Below, piece after piece: positions 1 to 14,793 of a stretch of DNA of 56,036 nucleotides. The translations under genes were made by a program, and so were the position numbers. The stretch is from IMG/VR virus record IMGVR_UViG_3300042503_001656, positions 62,001 to 118,036 of that record, one strand, 5' to 3'. Source of the stretch: an uncultured virus (IMG/VR IMGVR_UViG_3300042503_001656) (lineage: Duplodnaviria > Heunggongvirae > Uroviricota > Caudoviricetes). The notes under the pieces are model-generated. The model saw only the letters and a list, made by a program, of their open reading frames with translations. It was not told where the DNA came from and did not search any database. How positions within the stretch are numbered: position 1 is the stretch's first letter; each line of letters starts with the position of its first letter.

Positions 1-1
1 T

Positions 2-451
2 GTCGGAACAACCGACCGTATCTCAGTTTCTGCTAATGCTATTGACATTGCTTCCACGTATGCTGGTCAAGCAAGCATTACAACTCTTGGCACAATTACC
101 ACAGGTACATGGAATGGCGTAGACATTGCAGTTGCTGACGGTGGTACCGGTGCTTCAACAGCAGCAGATGCTCGTACAAACCTTGCAAGCACTTCAACTT
201 CTGGTCAGACAACTTCTACTGCAGTTCTTGCAAGAGTTGTACATCAGGCTTGTGCCGCTTCTTCGGTTGGCGTTTCGACCACAACAGTTACGCACAACTT
301 TGGCACAAAGAATGTGACTGTTCAGGTTTACCAAGTATCAACTGGTGAAACAGTAAACTGCGATGTTGTTCGTTCAAGCAATGACTCAGTTGTTGTTACA
401 ATGAACGGAACAATCTCGTCTGACGATTTCCATATCGTAGTAACAGGCTGA
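2..451 (+). CDS. Tail fibre/structural protein, C-terminal part (truncated at window start)
   Basis: Frame 2 is open from the window start to TGA 449-451 and is not in the ORF track. It reads ...IDIASTYAGQASITTLGTITTGTWNGVDIAVADGGTGASTAADARTNLA...VTHNFGTKNVTVQVY...HIVVTG, a GGTGA fibre-shaft repeat typical of phage fibres. Confidence 0.75.
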   Translation, partial: VGTTDRISVSANAIDIASTYAGQASITTLGTITTGTWNGVDIAVADGGTGASTAADARTNLASTSTSGQTTSTAVLARVVHQACAASSVGVSTTTVTHNFGTKNVTVQVYQVSTGETVNCDVVRSSNDSVVVTMNGTISSDDFHIVVTG

Positions 452-494
452 TAGTCCGCCCTGAGGGGCAAAAATGTAGGAAGCGATTGAGGTC

Positions 495-6062
<5,568 letters not shown>

Positions 6063-6063
6063 T

Positions 6064-7206
6064 ATGCCAGTTTTTCCTGGTGCCAGCAGTGTTCCAAAAC
6101 TGTTACCTACTATAAGCATTTCTCCAGTTACGAATTTTAACGAGAACCTTGCAACATTAAATGCAGTAGTTTCTGCAAATAAATACCCAACTACTGTTGA
6201 ATTCGATTATTCAACAAGTTCATCTTTTACTACATTTACGACAGTCACACTCGGCTCTAGTGTGAATGGTCAGATTTCAAGCGTTTTTCATAACATAACT
6301 GGTTTAGCAGTTGGTACTGCTTACCATGTTCGTTGCCGTGCGACAAATGCAATTGGGACGACAACAAGTTCAAGCGCATCATTCACTACATGGTCGCTGA
6401 AGACGTTTACGCAAACCACTGCTGGGTCTTTCTCTGTTTCAATACCATCAGTTATACCCACTGGCGGAAGTGCTATAGCCCCAACTGTCTATGAAATGCT
6501 TCTTTATGGAGGCGGAGGTGGCGCAAACTATGGCGGCGGTGGTGGCGGTGGCTATCGACTATTCTCTTCCCACACGTCATCTTCTGCTGGAACACAAACA
6601 ATAAGCGGAACCGTAGGGGCAGGTGGTGCCGCAGGAAATGGCGGTGGCGGAGTCGGAACTGCAACAACGGGCGGAAGTACGACACTGACAGTTGGTTCTA
6701 CAACATGGACTGGTGGAGGCGGAACAGCAGGAGAACATCCAGGCGCAATAGGTAATCCGTTTGGTCGGGGAGGAACTGCTGGTTCCGGAACGAATGCATC
6801 CAATCTTGGTGGAACAAATGCTTATGGTTATTACTACGTATCTGGGTATGTTCAGGTCATAACTGGTTACGATAAAAGCGGTAATCCTCAATATGCACCC
6901 GACTATAACCAACCAATCTATGCATGGGATGGCGGGTACTATGCATGTGGCGGTGGCGGTGGTACCGACTCTGCTGGTTCAAATGCGTCTGGGCACACAA
7001 CAGCATCGCAAGTCGGTGGAAATGGCGGAACTGGTGGTGGGGCCTACGGCTTGCGGGGTGGAAACGGCGGTGGCGGCTTTGGAACACAAGGAACAGGTTC
7101 TGCTGGTGGTTTCTCTGTAGGTTCTGGAACAGTTGTAGGTAGTGGTGGAACTTCATTTGCGGCAGGCCTTGCTGGTGGTATTACGTTTAAGTACTATGGA
7201 CCTTAA
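6064..7206 (+). CDS. Fibronectin-III plus glycine-rich domain protein (putative fibre tip/adhesin)
   Basis: FN3 signature ITGLAVGTAYHVRCRATNAIG, then GGGGG-rich polyglycine repeats; starts 1 nt after the fibre stop. Confidence 0.7.
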   Translation: MPVFPGASSVPKLLPTISISPVTNFNENLATLNAVVSANKYPTTVEFDYSTSSSFTTFTTVTLGSSVNGQISSVFHNITGLAVGTAYHVRCRATNAIGTTTSSSASFTTWSLKTFTQTTAGSFSVSIPSVIPTGGSAIAPTVYEMLLYGGGGGANYGGGGGGGYRLFSSHTSSSAGTQTISGTVGAGGAAGNGGGGVGTATTGGSTTLTVGSTTWTGGGGTAGEHPGAIGNPFGRGGTAGSGTNASNLGGTNAYGYYYVSGYVQVITGYDKSGNPQYAPDYNQPIYAWDGGYYACGGGGGTDSAGSNASGHTTASQVGGNGGTGGGAYGLRGGNGGGGFGTQGTGSAGGFSVGSGTVVGSGGTSFAAGLAGGITFKYYGP

Positions 7207-7215
7207 AGGAGCAAT

Positions 7216-8316
7216 ATGATTCAGGTACAGCCTTTCACACTCGACGTTTTGTCTACGCACAAAGTTTTTTTTCTTTTAAACCATCTTCCAAAAAATACAG
7301 AGGAAGTTGATATTTGGATTCAAACACCTATTGGTTATGAAAGTGTCGACTTTGTAGACGTTTTTTTAATGCAAGATGGCTCGTTACTTGCCGCATGGAA
7401 GCACCCTCTACAGAAGTTGGGTCTTCAAAACCTTGTTGCCTTTGCTGATGGGGTAACACAGGTACTAAACCTCTATCCAATAGAACGAATGATTGATTTG
7501 TATGACAGACCCGTGAATTCATCTTCTGGCACGTTTAACTTCACACAGTCACGAGTTATTGAAAATGCTGATTGGCGTTGTGACAAGAGTTACTATGGTG
7601 CTAGAGCGTTTGCTGGTGAAGTATCTTCCCCTGTGATTTCTAGCCTTGACGAAGTTGTGGTGTACGAACCATTTCTGTCTGTTGCTGGAATTGCACATTT
7701 TATTTATCTTGAATCTTCTGGAAAACAGGAATTGGCTGTAGAAAAGTTAAATAACTCTGTTGTACCAATTACAGGAAGAACATTTCAAGAAGTTCTTCGA
7801 CTTATCTATGAATGGTCTGTTCTTGCTGAAGAACCATTTAATAGCTTAGATGATGTGGCTGTAAGCGCTAAGAAGTACATGTCTGACCTTCACTTTACAG
7901 AGGCTGAAATAGACTTAATCAAAGAACTGCCTCCAATGCAAATTAGTAACTTTATCTCTGGTAGTGAAGAAGCACGTGTCCGTCCTGGCAACATCGCACC
8001 CCTTAGTACTGATATTTCAAACATTTTGTTTAAGAGGATGGCATCTAGTTCTTTGAGTTTTATCATTTATCGCAACCCAAACATTTGGGATTATGAAGAA
8101 GCGCACCAAAGGGAACTGGCTGAACTTCAAGAAGGTATTTTGAGGTTTAAGGAGTATTACGAAATTCCTAAATATGTGGAACTGGACGATATAGAAACTG
8201 TAATGCAATTTGCTGAGACTAAGGCTTCTAATCAATTGGCGTATTTCCATAATCAGCTTCGTCTTTTTAAGAACAAAAAAGACATTTTGGATAAAGTTGC
8301 GAACAACGAACTCTAA
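7216..8316 (+). CDS. Hypothetical protein, 366 aa
   Basis: Long ORF with AAGGAG RBS upstream; no motif recognised. Confidence 0.7.
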   Translation: MIQVQPFTLDVLSTHKVFFLLNHLPKNTEEVDIWIQTPIGYESVDFVDVFLMQDGSLLAAWKHPLQKLGLQNLVAFADGVTQVLNLYPIERMIDLYDRPVNSSSGTFNFTQSRVIENADWRCDKSYYGARAFAGEVSSPVISSLDEVVVYEPFLSVAGIAHFIYLESSGKQELAVEKLNNSVVPITGRTFQEVLRLIYEWSVLAEEPFNSLDDVAVSAKKYMSDLHFTEAEIDLIKELPPMQISNFISGSEEARVRPGNIAPLSTDISNILFKRMASSSLSFIIYRNPNIWDYEEAHQRELAELQEGILRFKEYYEIPKYVELDDIETVMQFAETKASNQLAYFHNQLRLFKNKKDILDKVANNEL

Positions 8317-8397
8317 GAAAAACAATAGGATTGTTCTTTCAATTCTTTACATCACTAAACACTTCTGGTGGGGATAAACACACAAGTCATCCTGGGG

Positions 8398-8403
8398 TAT
8401 AAT
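8398..8403 (+). promoter_or_regulatory. -10 box (TATAAT) 7 nt before ATG 8411; probable leaderless promoter
   Basis: TATAAT-TATCGTC-ATG with no Shine-Dalgarno. Confidence 0.55.
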
Positions 8404-8410
8404 TATCGTC

Positions 8411-8887
8411 ATGGCCATTGATTTCCCAAACTCACCAGCAGAAAACGACAACTACACAGTTGATGGAAAAACATGGACCTTCAGCGATGGTAAATGGGCT
8501 TTAAATGTTGGAGCTGCAGGCGTTCAGGGACCAACTGGCCCAACTGGCCCAGCAGGAGCAACTGGACCATCCGGAACGTGGGCTACAACTCAGGAGATAA
8601 ACGGGCAGACCGGAACTTCCTACACTCTTGTTTCTGGAGACCTGGGGAAAATGGTTATGCTTAATAACTCATCTCCTGTCACCGTAACGGTTGGCACGTC
8701 TCTCAATCTTTCTGCCGGTCAAAGTATTGACTTATTGAGCATGGGTACAGGTCAGGTGACCGTCAGTCCGGATGGAGCGACTCTTGATGGAACACCAGGA
8801 CTCAAACTTCGTACACGCTATTCTTCCGCAACTCTTTTTTGTGTAGGAGAAGATAGCTATGTTCTTATTGGCGATTTGAGTGCTTAA
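8411..8887 (+). CDS. Short collagen-containing fibre adaptor protein
   Basis: MAIDFPNSP N-terminus, short GPT/GAT run, and a C-terminal domain paralogous to that of 495-6062 (LSAGQSI...TPGLxLRxxYSxATLxCV...GDLS). Confidence 0.75.
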   Translation: MAIDFPNSPAENDNYTVDGKTWTFSDGKWALNVGAAGVQGPTGPTGPAGATGPSGTWATTQEINGQTGTSYTLVSGDLGKMVMLNNSSPVTVTVGTSLNLSAGQSIDLLSMGTGQVTVSPDGATLDGTPGLKLRTRYSSATLFCVGEDSYVLIGDLSA

Positions 8888-10476
8888 TGCCAATTCGCAG
8901 AGGAACAGTAGCAAGTAGCGTTTTATTTACGGAGCCTGGTGCGCCTACATCCCTATCGGGAACCGCAGGGAATGCTCAAGTCTCTCTTTCGTGGACAGAA
9001 CCGGAATTTACCGGATTTACTAGCATTACTGATTACACAATTCAGTACTCAACGTCTGCTACTTTCTCTTCGTCCATAACTACATTTACTGACTCAGTTT
9101 CTTCAAATACTTCAGTAACAGTTACTGGATTGACCAACGGCACGACTTACTATTTCAGAGTCGCGGCAGTAAATACGATTGGGGCTGGAGCGTATTCGCC
9201 AATATCAGCAGGCGTAACACCAATAACTGTTCCAGCAGGAGTGACGAACCTTACTGCTTCTGCTTCAGACAGGACAATATCGGCAACGTGGTCTGCCCCC
9301 TCAAGCGATGGTGGCTCGGCAATAACTTCATATACGGTAGAAACTCAACTCAACAGTGAGGCATGGGTTAATCAAGGCTCTCAATCAAGTGGTGTGTCTT
9401 TTACTGTTAGAAACAACTCTGCAGTAACCGCTCGTTCTTACAGAATAAGAGTGACTGCAAACAATGCTGCTGGAGCAGGAACGGTCGTAACTTCTTCATC
9501 CGTAACTCCAAATTTTGGAACGCCAGCAACTCCTGTGCTTACAGCAATTGCACCAACTCAGCCCTCTTCTGGAAACGGAACAGGACATAGGCAGTTCAAG
9601 GTAGACTATAACCCATTGGCTTGCAGTGCGTTTTCTAATACACAAACATTTATAAAACTTTCAGGATATTCGTATACAAACACTGCAAATAGCACAGCAT
9701 TAAATACAACAAACTCTGCTGCTGGAAAATCGTGGACAATCAGCACCCTCAATGCTCCAGAGTGGAATTCTGATAGAAATCTTCTTGCAAGCGAAACGTA
9801 CTTTGTTTTTACGAGAACATGGAATACCGATGGTGACTATATAGATAGTGCTGAAGCGTCTGTAACAACAACAGCAACACAATCTTACAACGTTGTCGTA
9901 GACACCTCATATTACGTAACTGTTGATACAAGTAGTTGGGGCGGCAATGAAGACTATACCGCCCAAACTGGAACATTTACGGTAACTGGAAATACATTCA
10001 GCCAGACTTCTGCTTACGCAATACCTGGAGTTAATGCTTCCGGAACAACCTGTCCTGGTTGTCCTGATGGAACAAGAAGGTATTCCATCCAACATTTAAC
10101 AATCAGGGCCAGAGTCGTTGTTACTGGAATAAATATCACTACTTCTTCTAGAAACTTTATTGTCGATTTTTCTGGCACATCAACATCTGCTGGAACAGGC
10201 GGTGGAACAATAGACTGCTTGCGGTCACCCTTCTCTACAAGCTCAGGAACAACAGAGCAAAGCCTTCTGTGGAGCGCTCCAAGCGTTCCAATAGGCACGG
10301 GAGCTGACGGCGGACGCATAAGAATTAGGGGCGCAGGTTCTATCGGTACAGTTTCAACAAGCCCTGACCAAAGAATTCGAGTGATAGTCAACATAACAGG
10401 AAACCAGCAACGATGGAATGTGAGCAGCAGGCAAGACCTTGTCCCAGCTTCCAGAACTGACACTTACTATTACTAA
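8887..10476 (+). CDS. Fibronectin type III domain protein (putative receptor-binding/tip protein)
   Basis: Two FN3 repeats (PGAPTSLSGTAGNAQVSLSW...VTGLTNGTTYYFRVAAVN); start overlaps the upstream TAA. Confidence 0.8.
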   Translation: MPIRRGTVASSVLFTEPGAPTSLSGTAGNAQVSLSWTEPEFTGFTSITDYTIQYSTSATFSSSITTFTDSVSSNTSVTVTGLTNGTTYYFRVAAVNTIGAGAYSPISAGVTPITVPAGVTNLTASASDRTISATWSAPSSDGGSAITSYTVETQLNSEAWVNQGSQSSGVSFTVRNNSAVTARSYRIRVTANNAAGAGTVVTSSSVTPNFGTPATPVLTAIAPTQPSSGNGTGHRQFKVDYNPLACSAFSNTQTFIKLSGYSYTNTANSTALNTTNSAAGKSWTISTLNAPEWNSDRNLLASETYFVFTRTWNTDGDYIDSAEASVTTTATQSYNVVVDTSYYVTVDTSSWGGNEDYTAQTGTFTVTGNTFSQTSAYAIPGVNASGTTCPGCPDGTRRYSIQHLTIRARVVVTGINITTSSRNFIVDFSGTSTSAGTGGGTIDCLRSPFSTSSGTTEQSLLWSAPSVPIGTGADGGRIRIRGAGSIGTVSTSPDQRIRVIVNITGNQQRWNVSSRQDLVPASRTDTYYY

Positions 10477-10483
10477 ATAATGT

Positions 10484-10492
10484 TGCTAGTAT
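10484..10492 (+). promoter_or_regulatory. Extended -10 (TGcTAGTAT) 7 nt before ATG 10500; probable leaderless promoter
   Basis: TGC-TAGTAT-TTGCTAC-ATG with no SD. Confidence 0.55.
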
Positions 10493-10499
10493 TTGCTAC

Positions 10500-11570
10500 A
10501 TGAGATTTCATGTAGTTTCCCTACCTCACACCAATACAACCGAAGACTTTACGGCTTGTGCCTATACAGAAAAAGTACGCAAGTTCTGCATCATGATGAA
10601 GAACCTTGGACACACAATTTTTCTATATGGCGGGGAATTCAATGAGGCTCCTTGCGATGAGCACATTAAGTGCATTACCGAAGAACAGCGTTTAGGGGCT
10701 GTAGGAAACAACCATTACTCGGCCGCGTCCTTTAACTGGAATCTTCCGCATTGGGTCGAGTTCAACGGAAACGTCATCAAGGGGATTCAGGAACGCTTAG
10801 AGCACAAGGACTTCATTTGTCTTATTGCTGGGCATGCTTCAAAGCCAATTGCCGACGCCTTCCCCAGTGAGTTAAGCGTGGAGTTTGGTATCGGATATGG
10901 TGGCTCTTTTGCGCCATTCAAGGTTTTTGAGTCCTACGCATGGATGCACTCCTGTTATGGCTCCAAGGTAACTGACCCGCATGCTCTTGATGGAAAGTTC
11001 TACGACACTGTAATCCCAAGCTATATCGATATTAAAGATTTCCCTTTACAGGAAGAACCAGACGACTACTACCTCTTCATAGGACGCCTTATTGAGCGCA
11101 AGGGCTATCAGATTGCAGTTGACGTCTGCAAAGCCCTAGGAAAGCGTCTGGTAGTCGCTGGACAGGGTTCTGCGCCTAGTTATGGCGAGTATGTAGGCGT
11201 TGTTGGGACAGAAGAACGAGCCAAACTCATGGGTGGAGCAATCGCCACTTTTACCCCAACTATCTATGTGGAGCCATTTGGGACTGTAGCCATCGAAGCC
11301 ATGGCCTGTGGTTCCCCAATTATCTCTACTGACTGGGGCGCGTTCACTGAAACCGTTATTGATGGAGTGACCGGATTCCGTTGCCACACAATGCAAGAAT
11401 TTGCTGACGCAACAGAAAACGTAAAATCTCTTGACAGAGCATTAATCAGTAAGTACTCAAAAGACCGTTATGGGCTAGACACGGTTGGCTTGATGTACGA
11501 GAAGTACTTCATCCGCCTGCAGGGACTATGGGGTAAGGGCTTCTACGAGCTTGAATTACCACTTGCCTAG
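10500..11570 (+). CDS. Glycosyltransferase family 4 (GT-B fold)
   Basis: YLFIGRLIERKG and EPFGTVAIEAMACGSPIISTDWGAFTE (EX7E motif). Confidence 0.9.
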   Translation: MRFHVVSLPHTNTTEDFTACAYTEKVRKFCIMMKNLGHTIFLYGGEFNEAPCDEHIKCITEEQRLGAVGNNHYSAASFNWNLPHWVEFNGNVIKGIQERLEHKDFICLIAGHASKPIADAFPSELSVEFGIGYGGSFAPFKVFESYAWMHSCYGSKVTDPHALDGKFYDTVIPSYIDIKDFPLQEEPDDYYLFIGRLIERKGYQIAVDVCKALGKRLVVAGQGSAPSYGEYVGVVGTEERAKLMGGAIATFTPTIYVEPFGTVAIEAMACGSPIISTDWGAFTETVIDGVTGFRCHTMQEFADATENVKSLDRALISKYSKDRYGLDTVGLMYEKYFIRLQGLWGKGFYELELPLA

Positions 11571-11774
11571 CGGACATACTGCGTGATTTAGTTTCACTTT
11601 TAGATTCATAAAGCAACCGCATTGTTTGCACTGCTTCGTTACTTTTGTTAATTCAGGGCAGGCTTTACAAATAGAAAAACGTTCACGTTGTAATGCAGTT
11701 GATGCAAACTCGGTGTCAGACTTTAAAAAGTCAGTAGGACTAGATTTCTGGTTTTTCCCAATTTCTTCACGCAT
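11556..11774 (-). CDS. Small Cys-rich protein (DUF6171-like)
   Basis: RFSICKACP...QCKQCGCFMNLKVKL...CPLGKW pattern; overlaps the glycosyltransferase 3' end by 15 nt. Confidence 0.7.
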   Translation of the reverse strand: MREEIGKNQKSSPTDFLKSDTEFASTALQRERFSICKACPELTKVTKQCKQCGCFMNLKVKLNHAVCPLGKW

Positions 11775-11783
11775 GTTTGAACG

Positions 11784-13880
11784 TTACCATGTAATGAGTG
11801 CTGGCGTAGTGCTTATTCTCGTCCGCTTAGTACCTTTAGCTATTATAGTTACGTCAATTCTTTGGTCAGGATTAGTGCTGTAGGTTGTACTGCCTAGTCC
11901 CCGTATTCTAACTATTCCAGCCCCAGCGTTTCCATATGCTATGTCCGTAATATTCCATGTGTATGACATGGTGTTATTTGAAGCGCCAGGCCATAGATTA
12001 CTTGGGTCCGATGTCTCGGAAGCCGTGAACGTTGTGCTTGTGCCACTGTGTTCTAGATAAAAGGACCTTGACGTTGTTGAAGCAGAGGTAACCGACCTTC
12101 CTGTAGCTGTAACCCTGAAGGACGTAATGGTGTATTGAACACTTCCTACGGTTGTAGCATTTGTTCCAGGCATACCACTGCTTGTTTTTATATAGGAGCT
12201 TCCACTAACAAGAGCTGTCATTGTGTAGACGTCAGCAGCACCGTTATCCTGCCAAGACTCGACATTTGGTGGCTGACGGCTTTGTAGCCCTATAACAGCC
12301 AAGTTTATCCATGATGTTCCGACAATGTATCCAGTGTCCTCAGAAGAAAACTGCTCCGCTCGAATACGGTACTGTTGGTCGCGTTCAACGGTACCCGAGG
12401 TTGTAAAGCTTGTGCCAAAACTTCCATTTGCAGCATTTCCAGTATAAGTAGCAATAAGTTGCTCAGCATGCGATGGGTTTGACCATGTGCCGTCTGCAGT
12501 CATACGCTGAAGATAAACTCTTGTTGTTGTTCCAGCACTGGAAGTAGAGCTCCTAACGTCTGTCGGGTCCACGCTCCATGTAATTCTTCTTACATTTGGC
12601 TCAGATTCTGAGTTATAGCTTGCATTGGCAGTAAGAACAGGAGCGGCGAATACGGGAGTTCTTGCAGTTGACGCAGAGCTGTACGCCCCATTGCCGACAG
12701 CGTTTGTTGCTAAGACTCGACCAACATACGAGACTCCGTTGTTCAGAACCCATGATTTTGTGCGGTTTGTAAATTCGGTTGAACCAGAAGAGAAAGTTTC
12801 TGCAGTAGACCAGGATGACCCGCCATTTGAAGAATATTGAACCGTGTAGCTAGTTATGTTGCTTCCGTTACTTGCCGGAGTAGACCAAGATATTGTAAAA
12901 ACTCTGTCTCCAGAAGAGCTTGTTGGTGTTCCTACTTGAGAAGGTACTCCAGCTGTTGTTGCTGAAACAACCGAAGACCAGCCACTTTGGCCAACCTGAT
13001 TAACTGCAGCAACCCTAAAATAGTAAGTAATTGATGCTGATAGACCCGTAACTGTTGCAGAAGTATTGGTAGATACGCCGTCTGGAAAAGTCACAACATC
13101 TTCTGAAGGAAAGTTAGGAAAAATAGAACGTTGAATTATGTAGTCGGATATAGGCGAGCCATTGCTTTCCGGAGCGGTCCACGAAAGTGGGGATTCAGAT
13201 ACGCCATTACTCCCAGCACTTAGAGAAATCGGAGCATTTGTTAATCCTGCTGTAATACCAACCAACATATTGCTGCTACTGCTTGGACCAGCAGCGTTTA
13301 CGGCTCTGACACGAACGTTGTAGCTCGTAAAGTCAGCAAGACCAGTTATAACGTAATCCGTAGTTCCGGACTGTGTCATAGATGTCCAAGAAGTTCCGTT
13401 ATTTGTTGAAAACTCATAATCGGTTATGGCGCTACCACCGTTAAATGTAGGTGCTGTAAATGCAACAGTTAACTGTCTGTATCCGCGTGTTACAGAAGAA
13501 AGTGTTGGGGCATCGGGCGTAGTTCTTGGTGTTGTTGTTGTATTCCAAACATTTGACTCCGGACCAGGGCCCATACTATTTACGGCTCTTATTTTTACAT
13601 AATAAGCCTGGCCATTGGTAAGTCCACTTATTGTTACTGGAGAAGTGGGTGGAGATGTTGAGGAAGAAGCCAAAGCCCATTCACTCCATGTGGAGTTGTT
13701 TGTTGAGAAAGCCTGCTCATATCTTGTGACTGTTATGCCACCATTGAATGTCGGAGCGTCAAAGGCAATAGAAAGAAAAGACGCGCCAGGTGTTGAAGAC
13801 GTTATTGTCGGCGCTCCCGGTTTTTCCTTTTCGCCAAAATAACATCTAGATGCAGTAGCTCTAGCTCCAATAAGAGGCAT
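11784..13880 (-). CDS. Multi-fibronectin-III domain protein (putative tail tip/adhesin), 698 aa
   Basis: About four FN3 repeats (SGLTNGQAYYVKIRAVN, TGLADFTSYNVRVRAVN, TGLSASITYYFRVAAVN); C-terminus paralogous to 8887-10476. Confidence 0.8.
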   Translation of the reverse strand: MPLIGARATASRCYFGEKEKPGAPTITSSTPGASFLSIAFDAPTFNGGITVTRYEQAFSTNNSTWSEWALASSSTSPPTSPVTISGLTNGQAYYVKIRAVNSMGPGPESNVWNTTTTPRTTPDAPTLSSVTRGYRQLTVAFTAPTFNGGSAITDYEFSTNNGTSWTSMTQSGTTDYVITGLADFTSYNVRVRAVNAAGPSSSSNMLVGITAGLTNAPISLSAGSNGVSESPLSWTAPESNGSPISDYIIQRSIFPNFPSEDVVTFPDGVSTNTSATVTGLSASITYYFRVAAVNQVGQSGWSSVVSATTAGVPSQVGTPTSSSGDRVFTISWSTPASNGSNITSYTVQYSSNGGSSWSTAETFSSGSTEFTNRTKSWVLNNGVSYVGRVLATNAVGNGAYSSASTARTPVFAAPVLTANASYNSESEPNVRRITWSVDPTDVRSSTSSAGTTTRVYLQRMTADGTWSNPSHAEQLIATYTGNAANGSFGTSFTTSGTVERDQQYRIRAEQFSSEDTGYIVGTSWINLAVIGLQSRQPPNVESWQDNGAADVYTMTALVSGSSYIKTSSGMPGTNATTVGSVQYTITSFRVTATGRSVTSASTTSRSFYLEHSGTSTTFTASETSDPSNLWPGASNNTMSYTWNITDIAYGNAGAGIVRIRGLGSTTYSTNPDQRIDVTIIAKGTKRTRISTTPALITW

Positions 13881-13882
13881 TG

Positions 13883-14743
13883 CTATTCCTTAAATGCAGA
13901 CTGGCTAGCAAAAACGGCAAATTGGTTATTTCCAGTTTTTACCACAGTTATCGTATAAACGTCAATCGAAGAAGCGTTACCAGAAGGATACGCAGAGCCA
14001 CCAAACCAACGAACAGTTACACCAGATGTCAACTCATCAATAGTGATAGCGGAAAGCCTTCTGGCTGTTGTTCCCTGTGTACAAAAAGCAACAACGGTAA
14101 TAGTTTCATGTGTTGCCATGTCTGTATTCAGAGAGTTTGTTGATGTGATTTTAAATTGAAAATCAGCTGATGAGTTGCTGGAGTAGTAATAAATTGCACC
14201 GTTGTCTGTATTTAACGTATGAAGGCCATCAAGGCCAGTTCCAGAATGTATAGCTTTTTCTATTAGTTGCTGTATTTTCCCGGTACCAGAAAGTGTTGTT
14301 ATCCCAGAAAGAGTAAGATTTGATGCCAATTTCCCGGAAGTAACAGCGCCTGCTCTGATTTTTGCCTCAGTAACCGCCTCTGAGCCAGATGTCCCATCGA
14401 GCTTGTCGGTGGTTACAGCTCCAGTTCTTATCTTTGCTGTAGTAACTGCCTCTTCGCCGACAACGTCGCTTTTAAGCTGTGCGGCCCCAATTCCATTGTC
14501 AGGAATGGTGAACTGACCAGAGTCGCTCCAGCTGACACCGTTGTAAAACTGTATTTTTTTCGTGCTTTGCAAATAACAAAGACGCCCTTCAGAAAGGGAT
14601 GGTTCATTAGCCCCACCAAACGCGGAGTCCCTTGCGGCAGCGTTGACAAAAACAGGGACTGTCTGGTCCATGAGATATTCGTTTATTTCTTTATCCGAAA
14701 GGGTTTCCCCCACCGTGAACTTCTTTATTCCTGCGCCAGCCAT
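13883..14743 (-). CDS. Tail fibre/baseplate-associated protein
   Basis: MAGAGIKKFTVGETL...YLMDQTV N-terminus, AVTTAKI/AVTTDKL fibre repeats, GGAGG RBS; lies between baseplate and FN3 genes. Confidence 0.65.
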   Translation of the reverse strand: MAGAGIKKFTVGETLSDKEINEYLMDQTVPVFVNAAARDSAFGGANEPSLSEGRLCYLQSTKKIQFYNGVSWSDSGQFTIPDNGIGAAQLKSDVVGEEAVTTAKIRTGAVTTDKLDGTSGSEAVTEAKIRAGAVTSGKLASNLTLSGITTLSGTGKIQQLIEKAIHSGTGLDGLHTLNTDNGAIYYYSSNSSADFQFKITSTNSLNTDMATHETITVVAFCTQGTTARRLSAITIDELTSGVTVRWFGGSAYPSGNASSIDVYTITVVKTGNNQFAVFASQSAFKE

Positions 14744-14764
14744 TTTTCCTCCGTTATTGCTCCA

Positions 14765-14773
14765 ATTTTACCA
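14765..14773 (-). promoter_or_regulatory. Extended -10 promoter (TGgTAAAAT)
   Basis: Minus-strand TGG-TAAAAT upstream of the GGAGG RBS of 13883-14743. Confidence 0.5.
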
Positions 14774-14793
14774 TCTAGGGTAATTTGTATTCG

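Noticed and set aside
10476..11784. Invertase-driven tail fibre switching between the convergent FN3 genes
   Set aside because: No recombinase gene or clear inverted-repeat crossover sites seen.
12780..12800. TFSSG in the FN3 protein 11784-13880
   Set aside because: Single Arg-less copy in a Ser/Thr/Gly-rich FN3 domain; likely chance.
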